Made by a program: the position numbers and the translations under genes | Shown here: in pieces, positions 40,562-60,692 of the stretch | Layout of the letters: each line of letters opens with the position of its first letter | Numbering within the stretch: position 1 is the first letter of the stretch | NCBI RefSeq assembly: GCF_009914755.1 | Contig: NC_060933.1 | DNA length: 64,000 bases | From: the human T2T-CHM13v2.0 reference genome, Homo sapiens | Direction: 5' to 3' (one strand) | The notes under the pieces: generated by a model | What the model was told of the DNA's origin: nothing | What the model saw: the letters and a program-made list of their open reading frames with translations, nothing else | Databases searched by the model: none

Positions 40562-41887
40562 TTAAGAAAATTATCAGCCTTCTTTCCCACCAGTCTCCCA
40601 CAGCCTCCTCATCCCCTAGCCAAGAAGGGCCTGGAGCAGGTCAAGGCAGAGGGTGCAAACTCCATCTCCCTCTCTCCTCTCACATGGCTTTTCTCCCCTC
40701 ATGGAGTGCCCACGGCATCAGGATTAGATCTGTGGTTTGACTTTGGGTAGAGGTGGGAAGAGCAGGCCCTCAGCCTGCCCAGTTGTAGAACACAGAGGCC
40801 TCTCTGGCTTAAAAGAAGGAGGCCCCCACAGTGTCCAGCTGAAGTCTCATTGGATTTGGGGAGAGAAAGTCTCAGTGAGTGATAAAGTAAGAGCCTTTGT
40901 TTTGCTTTACTCTATGTGTGTGTGTGTACACACAGGTACATATATATGTTATGTATATATAGATATAGATGTACATAATGTTATGTATTTTGGTATTTTG
41001 TTAGCATCTAGTATTTCTGTATGTGGTACTTAACACATTTGTAACTAAATACGTAAGTCATTATATAATGACCACCTCTCCTGAATGTAACTTTACGATG
41101 GCAAAGACCATGTTTCTCTCTCTATCCTCAGGCCCTAGCACAGTGCCTTAAATATAGATACTAAAAACTATGTATTATTTGGTTGAACTGGTTGAATGGA
41201 TGGATAAAGGATCAACAATGCTAAATGTTGTGGAAAGGTTGAGAAGAATGACAGCTGAAACTGGAACATGAAATTGGCAGTTAGGTAGTCATCAGTCACC
41301 TTGGTGAGATGCTACAGTGAAGTGGGGGTGTTCGATGCCTGGTTTCCCCCCAGTAGGCTGAGAAGAGCATAGGAGGGGAGGGAATAAGACAGTGAGCCCA
41401 GACTACTCTTTCAGAAGTCCCACTGTGCAAGGACAGGGGCTGGTCTAGTGTACTCCCTTGGTTTCCAATTTTATATCCTTTTTCTTTATTTTTGGAAACA
41501 GCAAAAGGTCATAGAGAATAAATCCAGGTGACCCAAACAGATGGTCAAGCAAGCTCAGCATCATTTCTAGTCAAAACAGCATCTGATTTCAAAAGGAATG
41601 TAACTGATCTTCTAATACGGCTCATAAACTACCTCCAAAGGACATTATCAAATAGGATTCCAAGGCAAACACATGATGATAATGGCAGCACCACAGAAAT
41701 CAGGGTATGGCTTCCCACAGTGCCTACTTGAATAAATGTATGTTTGGCTATAAAAGTTTTCATGTGTTTCCTTTCTTTCTTTGAAGTCTTAGATTCACAT
41801 AAAATAAGTAGGAGTAGCATGGCTTAGAGTACGTTAGTGTAAAATATATTGCACACTTTGGGATGATTTTTGGTGGCACGCGAATAC

Positions 41888-42332
<445 letters not shown>

Positions 42333-42429
42333 TAAGTAAATAATACTCTTATTATGGCAAACATTGTGTCAGGGTGGTATACAAATAATTCAAGCTTGGA
42401 AGACACTGATGTAGGAGAAAGAATGTGGT

Positions 42430-42615
42430 CTTTCTGGGCTTACAGGCCTCAGTTCAAATCCTGGCTCTACCATTTGCTAATTATTGAGTGACCATGTAAA
42501 AGTCACTTAACCTTTATGAGTCTCAGATTACTTATCTATGAAATGAAAATAACAAAGCTTACTTCAAAAGGGTTTTAAGAGGATGAAATGAAATCGAGCA
42601 TTAAGGTCCCTAGCT
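42430..42615 (+). mobile_element. MIR
   Basis: gttcaaatcctggctctaccattt...aagtcacttaacctttatgagtctcag. Confidence 0.85.
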
Positions 42616-43467
42616 GAGCCCTGGGTGTGTACGTTCATGCTCAGCCAGCAGTAGCTATAATGCTTGATGGTCCAAACCTCATTCACATATTCCAATACAT
42701 CCGGCCATGTGGCTATTTATGTAAATGTATCCATTTATTCCGGCTGACCTTTCTGTTCCATCTGAAATGTGTGTGGCTGCAACTGAGCACCCAGTGGGCT
42801 GGAGAAGAGGGTCACCAGCCAAACAGAAGGGACAGAGGCCAACAGGAGTCCTGGAGGCATCAGAGCAGTGCCCAGAGCAGTTTAGAGGCACAGAAAGGAT
42901 CCTAGCGATAAACAGCCTCTGTTCCAGCAGAGATGTTACCCTTCTGAGAGCGTGGAGTGAGTGAGCGTCAGCCTTATAATCATTAACTCAGATTCTAAAC
43001 ATGAAAAGCCAAATGGCCTGTGCAGAATGGAAGCCAGGGAAAGTCTTATCAAGAATGAATCAGTCTCTTTGATCTTGAGGTAAACCGACTCATTAACATC
43101 AAGCTTCCACCTGGGGTTTTTCCAGACACGAAAGTGATTGCCTAATTCCCAGCTGTCTGGAGTTTCCAGTCCAAACTGGCCTGGCGGGGAAGGAGGGGGC
43201 AGGAAAAAATAAGTCCCACCAGCTTGATAGAGCTCACACCCCATTAAAAGCACATACGATTTGTGCTACTAATCCCAAAGACTAGTGGCTTCCTTACAAA
43301 CAACCCAGGTAAAGATAAATTATTCTACCCAGTTTGGAACTAAACAGGAAGATGAACAGTGAAAACAGGACAGAGGTAGGAGGCATTCAGAGAGAAGCAG
43401 AAAAGTAGAAAAAGATGAGAGGGGAAGCCAAACGTGAACACGAAGACAGGGAAATATAAAATACACA

Positions 43468-43716
43468 GAGGCAGGAGGATGGCTTGAGGCTAGCAGTTTG
43501 AGACCGGCCTGGGCAACATAGTGAGACACCCGTCTCTACAAAAAACATTTTTAAAATTTAGCCATGCGTGGTGGGTCATGTCTGTAGTCCCAGCTGCTTG
43601 GGAGGCTGAGGCAGAAGGATCGCTTGAGCCCAGGAGTTGGAGGCTGTGGTGAGCTGTGATCACTGCACTTCAACCTGGGTGACAGAGTGAGACTCCATCT
43701 CCAACAACAACAACAA
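43468..43716 (+). mobile_element. 5'-truncated AluJ
   Basis: TSD aaaatacacagag. Confidence 0.9.
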
Positions 43717-45574
43717 AATACACAGAGACAGTTGGGATGAGGGGAGTGAAGAAATAGGTAACAAGTGAAAAACAGGGAAAAGAAAAAAGAAGAGGGGTAG
43801 CTGAGCAAGAGCCATGGTAATCAGCAGCTCTCACTACATTACCAGAAGCCTCTCCTACCTACCCACCCAGAGATCATCTGCACTGTACCATGAATTAATC
43901 AGCATGTAAATCATCCCCTTTATCTGCGGAAATTGAATTTAGCTGCCAATCCTGATTGAGGGCATAAAGGCCTCCTCACAGAAAGATCACAGCTCTCAGG
44001 GAGAATGCCTTTTCTTTTCTTAAATCAAAGCTTGCATAAACCCATGGAAACAGCTGCAGCTGGAGCCACAGACTTTGTGAAAGGTAGCAGGCTGAGGATG
44101 GTAATTATAATTAGCAGTTACATAACATGTTTGTTCTTCAAAGTGCTCTACAAGCATCAGCTAATTAATAGCTTACTATGCCCCATGCAGATCCACTGGT
44201 TTTTCATGCGGTGACTAATTCTTATACCCCCATTGACTGCTGAATGTTGGAGGCAGAGCAGCTTGAGCAATGAAGCAAATGGCTGAGGCTCAGAAGCTAT
44301 ACCCAGCTCTTACCAAGTGACTCCAGCAGTTGCTCTGTGTCGGGAATACTTCCCCAAACATTGAATTCAGCATTCCAGGAGGCAGCTACCTCACCTCCTC
44401 CAAATAACTCTTGGAGATGCTTTTGCAAATGCCATGATAGGTTGGAGTGACCATCAGTCTAGTCCAGCGTGGCATTAGCTCCAATTATTAAGACTGGACC
44501 CCCCTAGAGTCTTTGGTGTCAGTTACACGTTTGCCCTTGCTCCTCTGTGCAGGCTGGGCAAGTCAATGAGACCTCTCTAAGAGAAGACTGCATTGTATCT
44601 CTGGGTTCTTATCCAGCTCTACCCTTCTTTGTTTTTCTGATTGCAGTCTCTGGCCTACATCCTCTTGAATTCGCGATGGAGATAACCAAATATAGGAATT
44701 GCATGGCACATACAGGGCCTCAACAGCAGAGGTGAGCTTTCCATCTATCCCAAGAATGCTTTACTCAAGGATTTCAGAGGTCCAGGAACACCTTGCTACT
44801 TGTAAAACATTATATGTGTATGTGTATGTGCATACCTTTGGGGAAAAGGTCTGTTTCCCCTGTTGCACTGTAAATTCCAAGAGGGTCATGCCGACAAAGT
44901 ACCTGACAAATAGTGTATGCTAAATAGATATCTATTGAATGAATGGACAGATTTCCTCAAATTCCCATCCCCAACATCGTTATGAACCACTGCTCTATGG
45001 ACAAATAATCCCCAGGGGCCTACATGTCTTGTTTGCTCTGGCCAGAATTTCCGATGGAAAATGTTGGTGGGCAAGACCACAATTCTGCTGCTAGTCAAAC
45101 CAGAGACCCAGATCAAAGCTCCTGGAGATTTCACTCTTCAGAGACCTGTCTTCAGAGCCAAGCAAGTCAACAGCCAGAAATATATTCCCAGGGACTATGT
45201 GACAACCATTTGTCATACCTTCTGATCAACCACCACAAATGGTAAGAATCATTGCCTTTTCTCACCTTGTTCCTCAGAGGCAGAGGTGTGAAATGAATCA
45301 TGTAGAAGTACACGCTTCTGATTCATGAGAAGATCTTCACATGAGGCTAACAACTTTAGGAAAAAGACTAACATGTGCATGGTGCTTTCAGCTTTCTAAA
45401 ATGCGCCCCACAGATTATCTTATTCGATTCCTTTTCAACACTCTCTGAGGTAAGAAAAACAGACTTTATTTCCCTCTTTTATAGATGAGGAAACCGAGGC
45501 TCAGAATGCCTGGCCTAATGACACACAGCTAATATATGGCATTGCTAGAATATGAAGTGAAGTCTCAAAACTCC

Positions 45575-45994
45575 TTTTTTAATTGAGACAGAGTCTCGCT
45601 CTATCCCCCAGGCTGGAGTACAGGGATGTGATCTTGGCTTACGACTGTCTCCTGGGTTCAAGCAATTCTCCTGCATCAGCCACCTGAGTACTGGGGACTA
45701 CAGGTGTGCACCGCCACACCTGGCAAATTTTTAATTTTTTGTAGAGATGGGGTCTCTCTATGTCACCCAGGCTGGTCTTGAACTCCTGGGCTCAAGCAAT
45801 CCTCCTGCCTTGGCCTCTCAAAGTGCTGGGATTACAGGTGTGAGCCACTGCACCCGGCTAATTTTTGTATTTTTAGTAGACATGGGGTTTCATCATGTTG
45901 GCCAGGCTGGTCTTGAACTCCTGACCTCAAGTGATCCACCTGCCTCAGCCTCCCAAAGTACAGAGATTACAGGTATGAGCCATTGCACCAGGCC
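45575..45994 (-). mobile_element. Three-monomer Alu (left-left-right) inside one TSD pair
   Basis: Two successive left arms with A-rich linkers. TSD tcaa(a/g)actcctttt at 45565-45578 and 45995-46008. Confidence 0.88.
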
Positions 45995-46008
45995 TCAAGA
46001 CTCCTTTT

Positions 46009-47280
46009 CACCAGCAATTCCACTTCTGGATATATATCCAAAAGAATTGAAAACAGGGTCTCAAAGAGAGATTTGTACACACATTTCATAGCAGCATTAT
46101 TCATCATAGCCAAAAGATGGAACACACACCCAAGTGTCCATCAACAAATGAATGGATAAACAAAACATGGGATACTCATATAATGGACTATATGAAGAAT
46201 GGAAATGTTGACACATGTTACAACATGGATGTATCTTAAAGACATTATGCTTAGTGAAATAAGCCAGTCTCAAATGAACAAGTACCATATGAGATACCTA
46301 CAGTAGTGAAATTCACAAGAGACAGAAAGTAGAAGGGTGAGGTTCCAGGGGCTGTGGGGAGGGGCAAATGGGGAGTTGTTGTTTAATGGGTATAAAGTTT
46401 CAGTTTTGCAAGATGAAAAAGTTCTGGAGATTGGTTGTGCAACAAGATTGGTATACATAAGCACTACTGAACTGCACACTTAAAAATAGTTAAGATGGTG
46501 TATTCATCAGTTTCATGTTGCTATAAAGGAATACCTGAGACTAGGTAATTTATAAAGAAAAGAGGTTTATCCAGCTCATGGTTCTGCAGGCTGTACAAGA
46601 AGCATGGCACCAGCATCTGCTTCAGGTGAGGGCCCTGGGAAGTTGACAATCGTGGCAGAAGGTGAAGAGGGAGCAGGCATGTCACACAGCAAGAGAGGGA
46701 GCCAGAAAGAGAGAAGGAGGTGCCAGGTTCCTTTTAACAATCAGCTCTCATGTGAACTAAGAGCAAGAACTCATCACCAAGGGGAGGACACAAAGCCATT
46801 CCTGAGTGATCTACCCCCATGACCCAAACACTTCCCACCAGGCCCCACCTCCAACACTGGAGACCACATTTCTCATGAGATATGGAGGAGACAAACATCC
46901 AAACTATATTAGATGGTAAGCCAGGCATGGTGGCTCACACCTGTAATCCCAGCACTTTAGGAGGCCTAGGCAGGCAGATCACTTGAGACCTGGAGTTCGA
47001 GACCAGCCTGGGCAACATGGTGAAACCCCATCTCTACTAAAAATGCAAAAATTAGCTGGGCATGGTGGTGGGCACCTGTATTCCCAGCTACTCGGGAGGC
47101 TGAGGCAGGCGAATCACTTGGTCACTGCAACCCAGGAGGTGGAGGTTGCAGTGAGCTGAGATCGTGCCAGTGCACTCCAGCCAGGGTGACAGAGCAAGAC
47201 TCCATCTCAAAAAAAGAAATAAAACTATATTAGATGTTAAATTGTATGTTTTTTGTGTGTTAACACAATTAAGAAACATT
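46009..47280 (+). mobile_element. L1MB-type 3' end, interrupted by an MST LTR and an Alu (46920-47221)
   Basis: ccagcaattccacttctgg...ttcagttttgcaagatgaaaaagttctggaga...actgaactgcacacttaaaaatagttaagatgg; resumes at ~47240. Confidence 0.85.
46499..46911. mobile_element. MST-family (MaLR) solo LTR
   Basis: tgtatt...tgctataaaggaatacctgagact...acaaacatccaaactatatta. 5-bp TSD gatgg. Confidence 0.9.
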
Positions 47281-47499
47281 AAAAAACTATTTTTCGTCAT
47301 ACCACCTTTTCTCTGAAAAGCGGTCAACAGGTGTTAAGTTAGGAGCATGCCCCTCTGAGAAAATGGTTCATGGAGAAAAATGTCTCAGACAGTCAAGCAG
47401 AGGGGACAGGAATCACAGCGATTTAAGGTGGGTCTCAAAAGATGGATGCATAACATTTTCTATCCAACTTATTTTTCCAATCCACCTTCTAAATCTTCA

Positions 47500-47886
<387 letters not shown>

Positions 47887-49889
47887 CTACAATTCATATC
47901 TTTAAAATAAATATTTAATAGTGATAGAGGCCACTCAAACAGGAAAAGAGAAAACACTAACCCCATCAAATAATCCAATATAAGTATGTCTGAATTTAAT
48001 AAAATTTCCAAACATGCACACATAGAGAATAGTCAAACTATGCAATTATTTACTTATAAAGAATTCATTGATCTATGAAATAATATATCTTAGGGTCCTT
48101 CTAAATATTACAGTTCTCTAGTACATTTTACTATGTATCTTCAGATCATCAATCCCAGAGTAGATGATAACGCAATTGTAGCAATTATTGCCAACTGACT
48201 GTTAAATAGAAGATATTCAAAATCTCTGAACTTTTTAAAGCAAATTAATGGAGAAAGTATTTATCTCCTAAGGATTCAACTTATATGCATCTTTCAAAGA
48301 AAAAAATCAGTTGCATAGGAGGAGACAAACCCGGAATTACAAAATTGATATGAAATTTTTTTCTCTACAACTCTGACTACTAAAAGACAATTAAATATTT
48401 ACAAAGAACTATCTACAGGTAAAAGATTATGACATAACCACTCTAGACCCAGCCAAACTATACTTCACTTAAGAGCCCAAGAAAGTCATTTTTAGATATT
48501 TCAGAATTTTAAAAAATCGATCCGTTTATCTTTTCTGGGAAAAAAAAATCGAAAAAATGAATCAGAACAAATATCGTAAGAATAAGTGTGCAGGGCAGAC
48601 AGGTTTTACAGAAAACACCAAGGAACAATGAAATCAGCAAGATGTATGGATGTCTCCATAATCGTTTAAATGTGACTGTAGAGCTTGACATAACTATTAG
48701 TAAAGGATTCTAGAACTAAAAGTTGAACAATGTAAAATAATAATAAAAATAAATTTTCAAATTATTTCAATAAAACCAGAGCAGTGAGTTGAAGGGAAGA
48801 AGTAAAGCATACTAATGTTTCATGTCACACAATAGCACTCATGGATACAATGTTATTCAAGAAAGTATAATAACTATAAAATAAGATGGCTCTAATAATT
48901 TCAAGTGTCACCAATAGTCCCAGTTATACCTAAACGCAGAAAGAAAAAAAAAATCTGTTCTTCCATGGTCAGAGAAAAAAAAAGAAAGAAAAAAACTTGA
49001 GGCATTCATTCTGATTTGTGATTTTCTCCCCAATCCGTAGAAAGCCAAGAAAATTAAGCCCTCCTAACATCCAGGCTTTTTAAACAGAAGTCCTTTTATT
49101 GAGATAACAGCATTCAAACTAGAGAAAATCATATAACCTGTTTCCATATCCCCATCAGCCATCCTTGGCCTTAGAAATAGATGGCTTCTTTTAAATGAGC
49201 CTCTGATACAGAATGTGTGGATTTAATGCAACTGCACTCTTTTACATCCCATTATGGATGCTTGGTCTGTTGCAGGACTCCAGAGTTATTTCCAGGAGGG
49301 AGGTTTCCCAGAGCAGGATCTCATCTAATTTCCAACCCTGTCTATCTCTCATGTCCCATGTTTGCCCACAGAGCTTTGGTTCCCTTTTCATGCATATTCA
49401 CCAGACACAAGACCCCTTGGCCCTCATCATGTTTTCCCAGCATCAAACCTTTAGACGTATTTAATGGCCCAAGGCATTCCAAGAATGAATATATTTGTGT
49501 GTACACAAGCAACCAACCAAAGAGATGGTTAATGTTTCATAAGACTGCCTAGTCACATTGTTGACATCTGAAACATCTTCTAATTTAAGACAGAGTTCAG
49601 TTACAGCAGGAAGTAGAGGGGACATCACTAAAGAGGTTGGAGGTATAGATTCATGTACACTGAAGGTGGAAGGTTAAAGTGCTCAGTGGAGAAGTCTGGG
49701 AGGGAACCCAGTGACAAGTCATTGGATTAGGAGAGAAGCACAAGTACAAAAGGGATAAAAGTACAAAAGATAACTAGATTGGCTTCCATCTTGGACGTGA
49801 CCAAGAATAATGGAAGGCATGATGACTTTGGTTGGGACTGCAAGATTTTAAAAAAAAATTAATACCAAATATCACCCAATTGATAAGAA

Positions 49890-50240
49890 ATCAATAACTT
49901 GTTCTCTAGGGATTAAGGCTCAAAGGCTCAGGTGGATGCCCCTTTAGGAAGCAGCTTGGACCTGTGGCTCTGTGAGTTCCCCGTTAACAGAGCTATTCAA
50001 GTTGAACAATCCCTCAGCAAGAGACATTTAGAGAGGATTTCAGCACGGCTTGGATTAAACGCATGGTTCTAACAGCTATACGTCTGAATCCCCTGGGAAG
50101 CTTTAGAAAAACGCACGTGCTGGAGTCCCACACCCACCCAGAGATAACTCTTCTGATTCAGTAGTACTGAATTGGGCTCTTGGTATTCAAATTTCTACAA
50201 AGCTCCAAATTTCATTTTGGCGCACACCCTCAGCTGACAA
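49890..50240. mobile_element. CR1/L3 3' fragment (~49890-50060) followed by a MER5B-like element (~50062-50240)
   Basis: gtgagttccccgttaacagagctattcaag is L3-like. gaatcccctgggaagctttagaaaa...ttctgattcagtag is MER5B-like. Confidence 0.6.
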
Positions 50241-50490
50241 TCTGAATGAAATCCTGGTACAAATGGCTACCATTTGTCATCATATGCATTCCAACAGGAT
50301 CCTAAGTATAAAGCATTAATAGTCAAAATACCCATCCATGTTAAGGGGTATTTTCCCCACTGTACAGGCAAAGACTGCTCAAAATGATAGAATGATACAT
50401 CCAAAGTTACACAGGCAATTGTGGGATGGCCAGGAGTTTAAGGCATGTCAGTCATATTCTTTTCCCTACACCCACAGCTTCTCGAAAGTT

Positions 50491-50790
<300 letters not shown>

Positions 50791-50984
50791 TGCTGTTCCA
50801 ACTCTGAAATTCTATAGTCCCCGTGCCTCCCATCTCAGCTTACTCTCCTCTGCTTTTGCACTCACACCTTCTTCTGCAGGTGCACTCTTTCACCCTCACA
50901 CTGAGCAAAGTCCTTCCCCGTGCCTGATCTGCTCCATTACTAACAAAGGGATCCTGTCTTCCTCTGAACTTTTAAGATCTATGT

Positions 50985-52660
<1,676 letters not shown>

Positions 52661-52717
52661 ACTTAGAGATATACGAAGTATAGAGTATTATCTGTTCTTT
52701 CTGTTGTTTCAGGGGAT

Positions 52718-53013
52718 TTTGTTTTGTTTTGAGACAGGGCCTTACTCCTGTCGCCAAGGCTGGAGTGCAGTGGCACAATCACAGCTCACTGCAGCTTCAA
52801 CCTCCTAGGCACAAGTGATCCTTCCAGCTCAACCTCCTAAGTAGCTGGGACCTCACACGTGCACCACCATATATGGCTAATTTTTGTATTTTTTGTAAAT
52901 ATGGGGTTTCACCATGTTGCCCAGGCTGGCCTCAAACTCCTGGGCTCATGAAATCTGCCCACTTCGCCCTCCCAAAGTGCTGGGATTACAGGCGTGAGCC
53001 ATCACTCAGCCGA
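52718..53013 (-). mobile_element. AluJ
   Basis: Antisense Alu. Confidence 0.92.
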
Positions 53014-53493
53014 GTATTATCTATCCTTATACAAGCATTATCTATACTGTTCATATGACCTTTATTTCCTGCCTTGCAGATTTAGTGTCTTTTTATGAAT
53101 ACATGCCTTCCCGAATATATGGACAGTTCCTCAAGGACAGAGTCTTTGTCTTATAATTCTTGTACCTCCACAAGGTCCGCTTAAAATCGTATGTTTTACA
53201 CCGTTGTTCATTGATAGCTTGCTACTACTTTATCACAGTTCAAGATGCAATAAATGCTGCTATGATATGCCAACAGCCCCTCAGGAAGAAACCAGACATC
53301 AGCAGATCATACGTCTAAATAACAGGACAGACATTACTTCCATATTTATTATCCAACACAGGTAATTCACACATACCAAACACCAAGTAGATGAGAGCTG
53401 AGAAAAAGCCCCACAAAAACCAGTATTAATCTTGTGCCAGGGAATTATAAGAAAGTTGTTCAGGCCTCAGTAATTTTAATAATAATAGCATTC

Positions 53494-54481
<988 letters not shown>

Positions 54482-56319
54482 TCATATAGTTTACAGATAC
54501 AAAGATGGAGGCCCTAAGAGCTTAAGTCACATTCAAAGTCACACCATTCGTAAAAGAGCTGATATTCAAACTGTGGTTTGTATGACCTCAAAGTCCAGGT
54601 CCAGTAAATCTGGGCAGTTTCACCACGAAGGGCTCCACCTAGGCCCTGACTTGGTTCTCTAATCTTACAGGTTAGCTAAAACCTAAGGAGAAAACGTTGC
54701 CTGAATAAGCATTCAAGTCAGTCTGGAAGGGTTCGATGACAACGCCTCCTGCCCAATCTTGTCTCCAAGAGCTTTCCCAGAGCAAGAGAGCTGCTGGAAA
54801 TAGATGTCTCTCTGTAGCTCTGTGACTCCCTGAAACCTTCTTGGGCCTGATGTTTAACCCTATGTATGACATTATAGTCTGGCCTGGGGCTTGCCTAGAA
54901 CATGACCCTGTCACAGATATTCCCAGCTACTGCCACTTCTGCTCAGACCAAATGGCATCCAAGAAAATAGGTAGTTCCTACTAAGAAATACTCAAAAATC
55001 AATCCAACAGAGGCCACAGTGGGAAATAAAAATATAATCCTATTTAATACATAAAAAACCCCCAAAACTCTTACTATCACAAGGAAATAAACATTTAAAA
55101 GCAGTTCATACCCCCAAGGAAGAAAAAATAAGCAGTACAAATTTGCATTGCATATGCATAGGGGCATTCATTAAAGCACATGTTTCTCTGGCTAATTACG
55201 TTATTAAGTAACAACGTTTGCATCTGCATCAGAAATACAGTCAACTAATTATGAGCATGGCTGGGAATTTTCCCTTACTTTCCCATTGTCTGTGATTTTA
55301 TTCAAATAATCAGCTTCAAAATAGGACTCCTGAGGGAGTGGAGGAGAATGTGTTGTGCTGGTTTCAAGGGCCAAATTTATAATATAACTTATATCTCATA
55401 TCTTGAAGATAAAAATGTTTATCCACAGGGCTAGCTTTGATATTCTACCAAGGAAATATTCCAGAAGGAAATTTGTTTGATGAAAGGTACAGGCAACTTA
55501 CGGCATCTAATCAACAACTGACTGTATCACAAATGTCACCCATATTGGCTGCTGTTTATTATACGCATCAGCACAATAACATAGATTGATGACAGAAAGA
55601 ATCTAGTAATATAAAGGCTCCATCTAAGACTGTTTAGAGATCAATAAATAACAAGCTGAGAAAGAAAAAAGTGACCAACAATGCCAATAAATTGAGGCAG
55701 ACATTTTGCCAACTGCCAGGGGAATTAATGATAGACCTATTCCACTTATTGATATTGACCCCAAAATAAAATCTCCCCAGAAAAATAAGCAAGTGTTATA
55801 TGTAAAGCTTTGCAAAAGAGCAGAAGCAAGTGCTAAAAACTGAAGAAAATCACATTCGAGTCAGTTTTCATCTTTACCCAACAATAACAGAAATAAGTCT
55901 CTAGCATGCCTTAGAATCCAGTCAGAAGGCTAACACATCACCTGGAAATTAGTGGAATGTTGTAAGGGCCTAAACAGTCCAGGCAGATTAATACCAGAGT
56001 CTGCACAATGCTTACGTTCCAAATCAGATAATTCAGCTTGATACGTATACTTACTTCATTTGTTTCATCTGTGAAAGTGTTCTCTCCCCTACTAAATGGT
56101 AAGCTCTTTCTGGGCTGTGCTTATACCCTGTATTTTTAAATATCCCCTGCAGTCCTTTGGATTATAAACATTATTTTAAACATTAATCTTTGTGATGGTC
56201 TAAGGAACCTGCGACAAAGTTTCATGTATCTTGCAGCATGTCTACATACAACCATGAATTTGACTGTTGAGGTTGGCCCCTCATTCCATGATCCTTTGGG
56301 CACTAAATTACACATATCA

Positions 56320-58184
<1,865 letters not shown>

Positions 58185-58206
58185 TGTGGCCAGGCACGGT
58201 GGCTCA

Positions 58207-58521
<315 letters not shown>

Positions 58522-59614
58522 TTATAGTTTGCCATGAAGCACATTCTCAAGCGTAGTTTATTAACTGCTCTAATGAGCTCATTAGTACCCAAAAGTCTAC
58601 TTGCTCTTAAGGCGATAGAAAGAAAAACAGATTACTTTTTGATGCATTTTGTATTCTAAATTCTTCCATGAACTTTATTTAGCCTTGACTAACAATATAT
58701 TTTCTTCAGATCGTATTCATACAGAAAGCTCACTTGGAGGAAAAAGAACATTTTCCTTTTCATATAACACTTATCATCAATAAATAGTGTCTAATATGGA
58801 AACAACTGGAATCTGAACACTTCAGAAACTGCAGAGGAGGTGATAGGGTGTGTAAAAGCATGAATGTTAAGGGAAAAAAAGGGCTTAGCAAGATCTCTTG
58901 TAAGGATCTTCCATTTGCAGAAGTGACAATAATGTTTGTTGATGCTTTGAGCTGCATATGAATATTTCTTTTTATCAAAAGATAACATTAAAACTCTTCA
59001 TTCTAATGTTCTAGTTGTAAACAGAATGTCTGAATGGAAAATAAATAAATAAGGTAAAGTAAAAACTGAAGAACTTTAGACCTTCTCATTTTATAGTAAG
59101 AAGTTTCAGAAAGACCTTATGTTTTTGATGAGGAGACCTGCCACTCCTCACTAGAAAATGGCCCACTTGCTCATGACCGTGACATTGAGCCACACCTTTT
59201 CTGCACTAGGCACAGGGCCAAGGGCTTTATTCATTATCCGATTAAATCTTCACAATAGCTCTAAGGGATGAACACCATTTTATTCCCTTCCACAAAAGGA
59301 AACTGGAGTTTAGAGAGGTTCAGAAGTGGTTGCACAACTAGTTAGTGGCTCAGATAAAACTTACACGGGTCTTTCTGAGCCAAAAGCTCATGCATCGTCC
59401 CCACTATTGGCAGCCTTATAACCAATGTCATCACTCATTCTGCACACTCAAATGACTTCAACCATTTACAAATATGGAGACATATTTTAATGGCATTTAC
59501 TTGGCAAAAGTGTAACCCAACAGAGCTGTTGCATGCAACGGGTAAGTCAATGCAGTTTTTAAAAATGTGTTAAAAGATCAGTATATCGTGAGGTGCCAGA
59601 AAATGTATTTAATT

Positions 59615-59934
59615 GTTTTTTAATTTTTATTTATTTATTTTGAAAATTTTTGTAGAGACAGGGTCTTCCCCTGTTGCCCAGGCTGGAGTGCAGTGGCATG
59701 ATCACAGCTCACTGTAACCTTGAACTCCTGGGTTCAAGTGATCCTCCCACCTCAGCCTCCTGAGCAGCTAGGACTACAGGCGCGTGCCATCATGCCCAGA
59801 CAATGTTATATGTTTTCGTAGAGACAAGGTCTCACTATGTTTTCCGGGCTGGTCTTGAACTCCTGGCCTCAAGCAATCTTCCCTTCTTGGTCTCCCAAAG
59901 TGCTAGGATTATAGGTGTAAGCCATCATGCCCAG
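59615..59934 (-). mobile_element. AluJ
   Basis: Antisense Alu. TSD ccagaaaatgtattt. Confidence 0.92.
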
Positions 59935-60667
59935 TCCAGAAAATGTATTTCAAATGAGCAAACATCCTATCACCTGGAACACAGATGGCAGACACAAGGT
60001 AAATGTGCTCTCACTCGCTCCTCCCTCACCCATGGTGGCATCATTAGTCAATCACAGCATTCACCTGTGCTAAGTCTGGATGTGGTCTCAGGATCCTTTC
60101 CATACCAGCACTAAAATTCCACAGGCAGCCGTGTAATGAAGCTTATCTGCCACTCTTCATTTGAATGCACTAAATTGTGGTACAATTTATGTCGAAGCTT
60201 TTTCAAACTCTTTCCACTTTTGTAGAGATAAATCAGGCTCTACTAAGAAAAATCTCAAAAGATGAAGAGTTGACTCGGCAACAATGAATACCCTTCTGGC
60301 CGGGTCCTAGACCACACTGTGCATGAACGTGCATGTTTGTCTTGGCACCCCTCTCCTAGGGCCCTCCAGCTTTTTCATCATCACCTCCCATCTCCAGGGC
60401 ACACTGACTGGGGCTGCCTTCTAGAAAAGTGCATCGGGCTCTCATCTTGGTGCATAAGCTCATGACATACAGTAAGTCACTTCCTTATCCTGGTCCTTAA
60501 ACTCCTCTGTGAAATGGGAAATAATACCAATCTATAAAACTTACACACCTTAAAGAGCTGGCCACCTCTAGAGAATCAGGCTTTGCTATTAATGGACTTT
60601 GGAAACCATGTGCTCAGAAAGGAGCAGGCACAGCAGTGAGAAACCGAGGCCATGTAGTGACACAGGG

Positions 60668-60692
60668 GAGGAGGAGGAGGAGGAGGAGGAGG
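60668..60692 (+). repeat. (GAG)n trinucleotide repeat, ~8 units
   Basis: Directly visible. Confidence 0.95.

Noticed and set aside
56049-56057. Consensus-like minus-strand donor GAA|gtaagt suggesting a cryptic SUSD1 exon
   Set aside because: No convincing polypyrimidine tract and acceptor at exon distance upstream, and such 9-mers are expected by chance.
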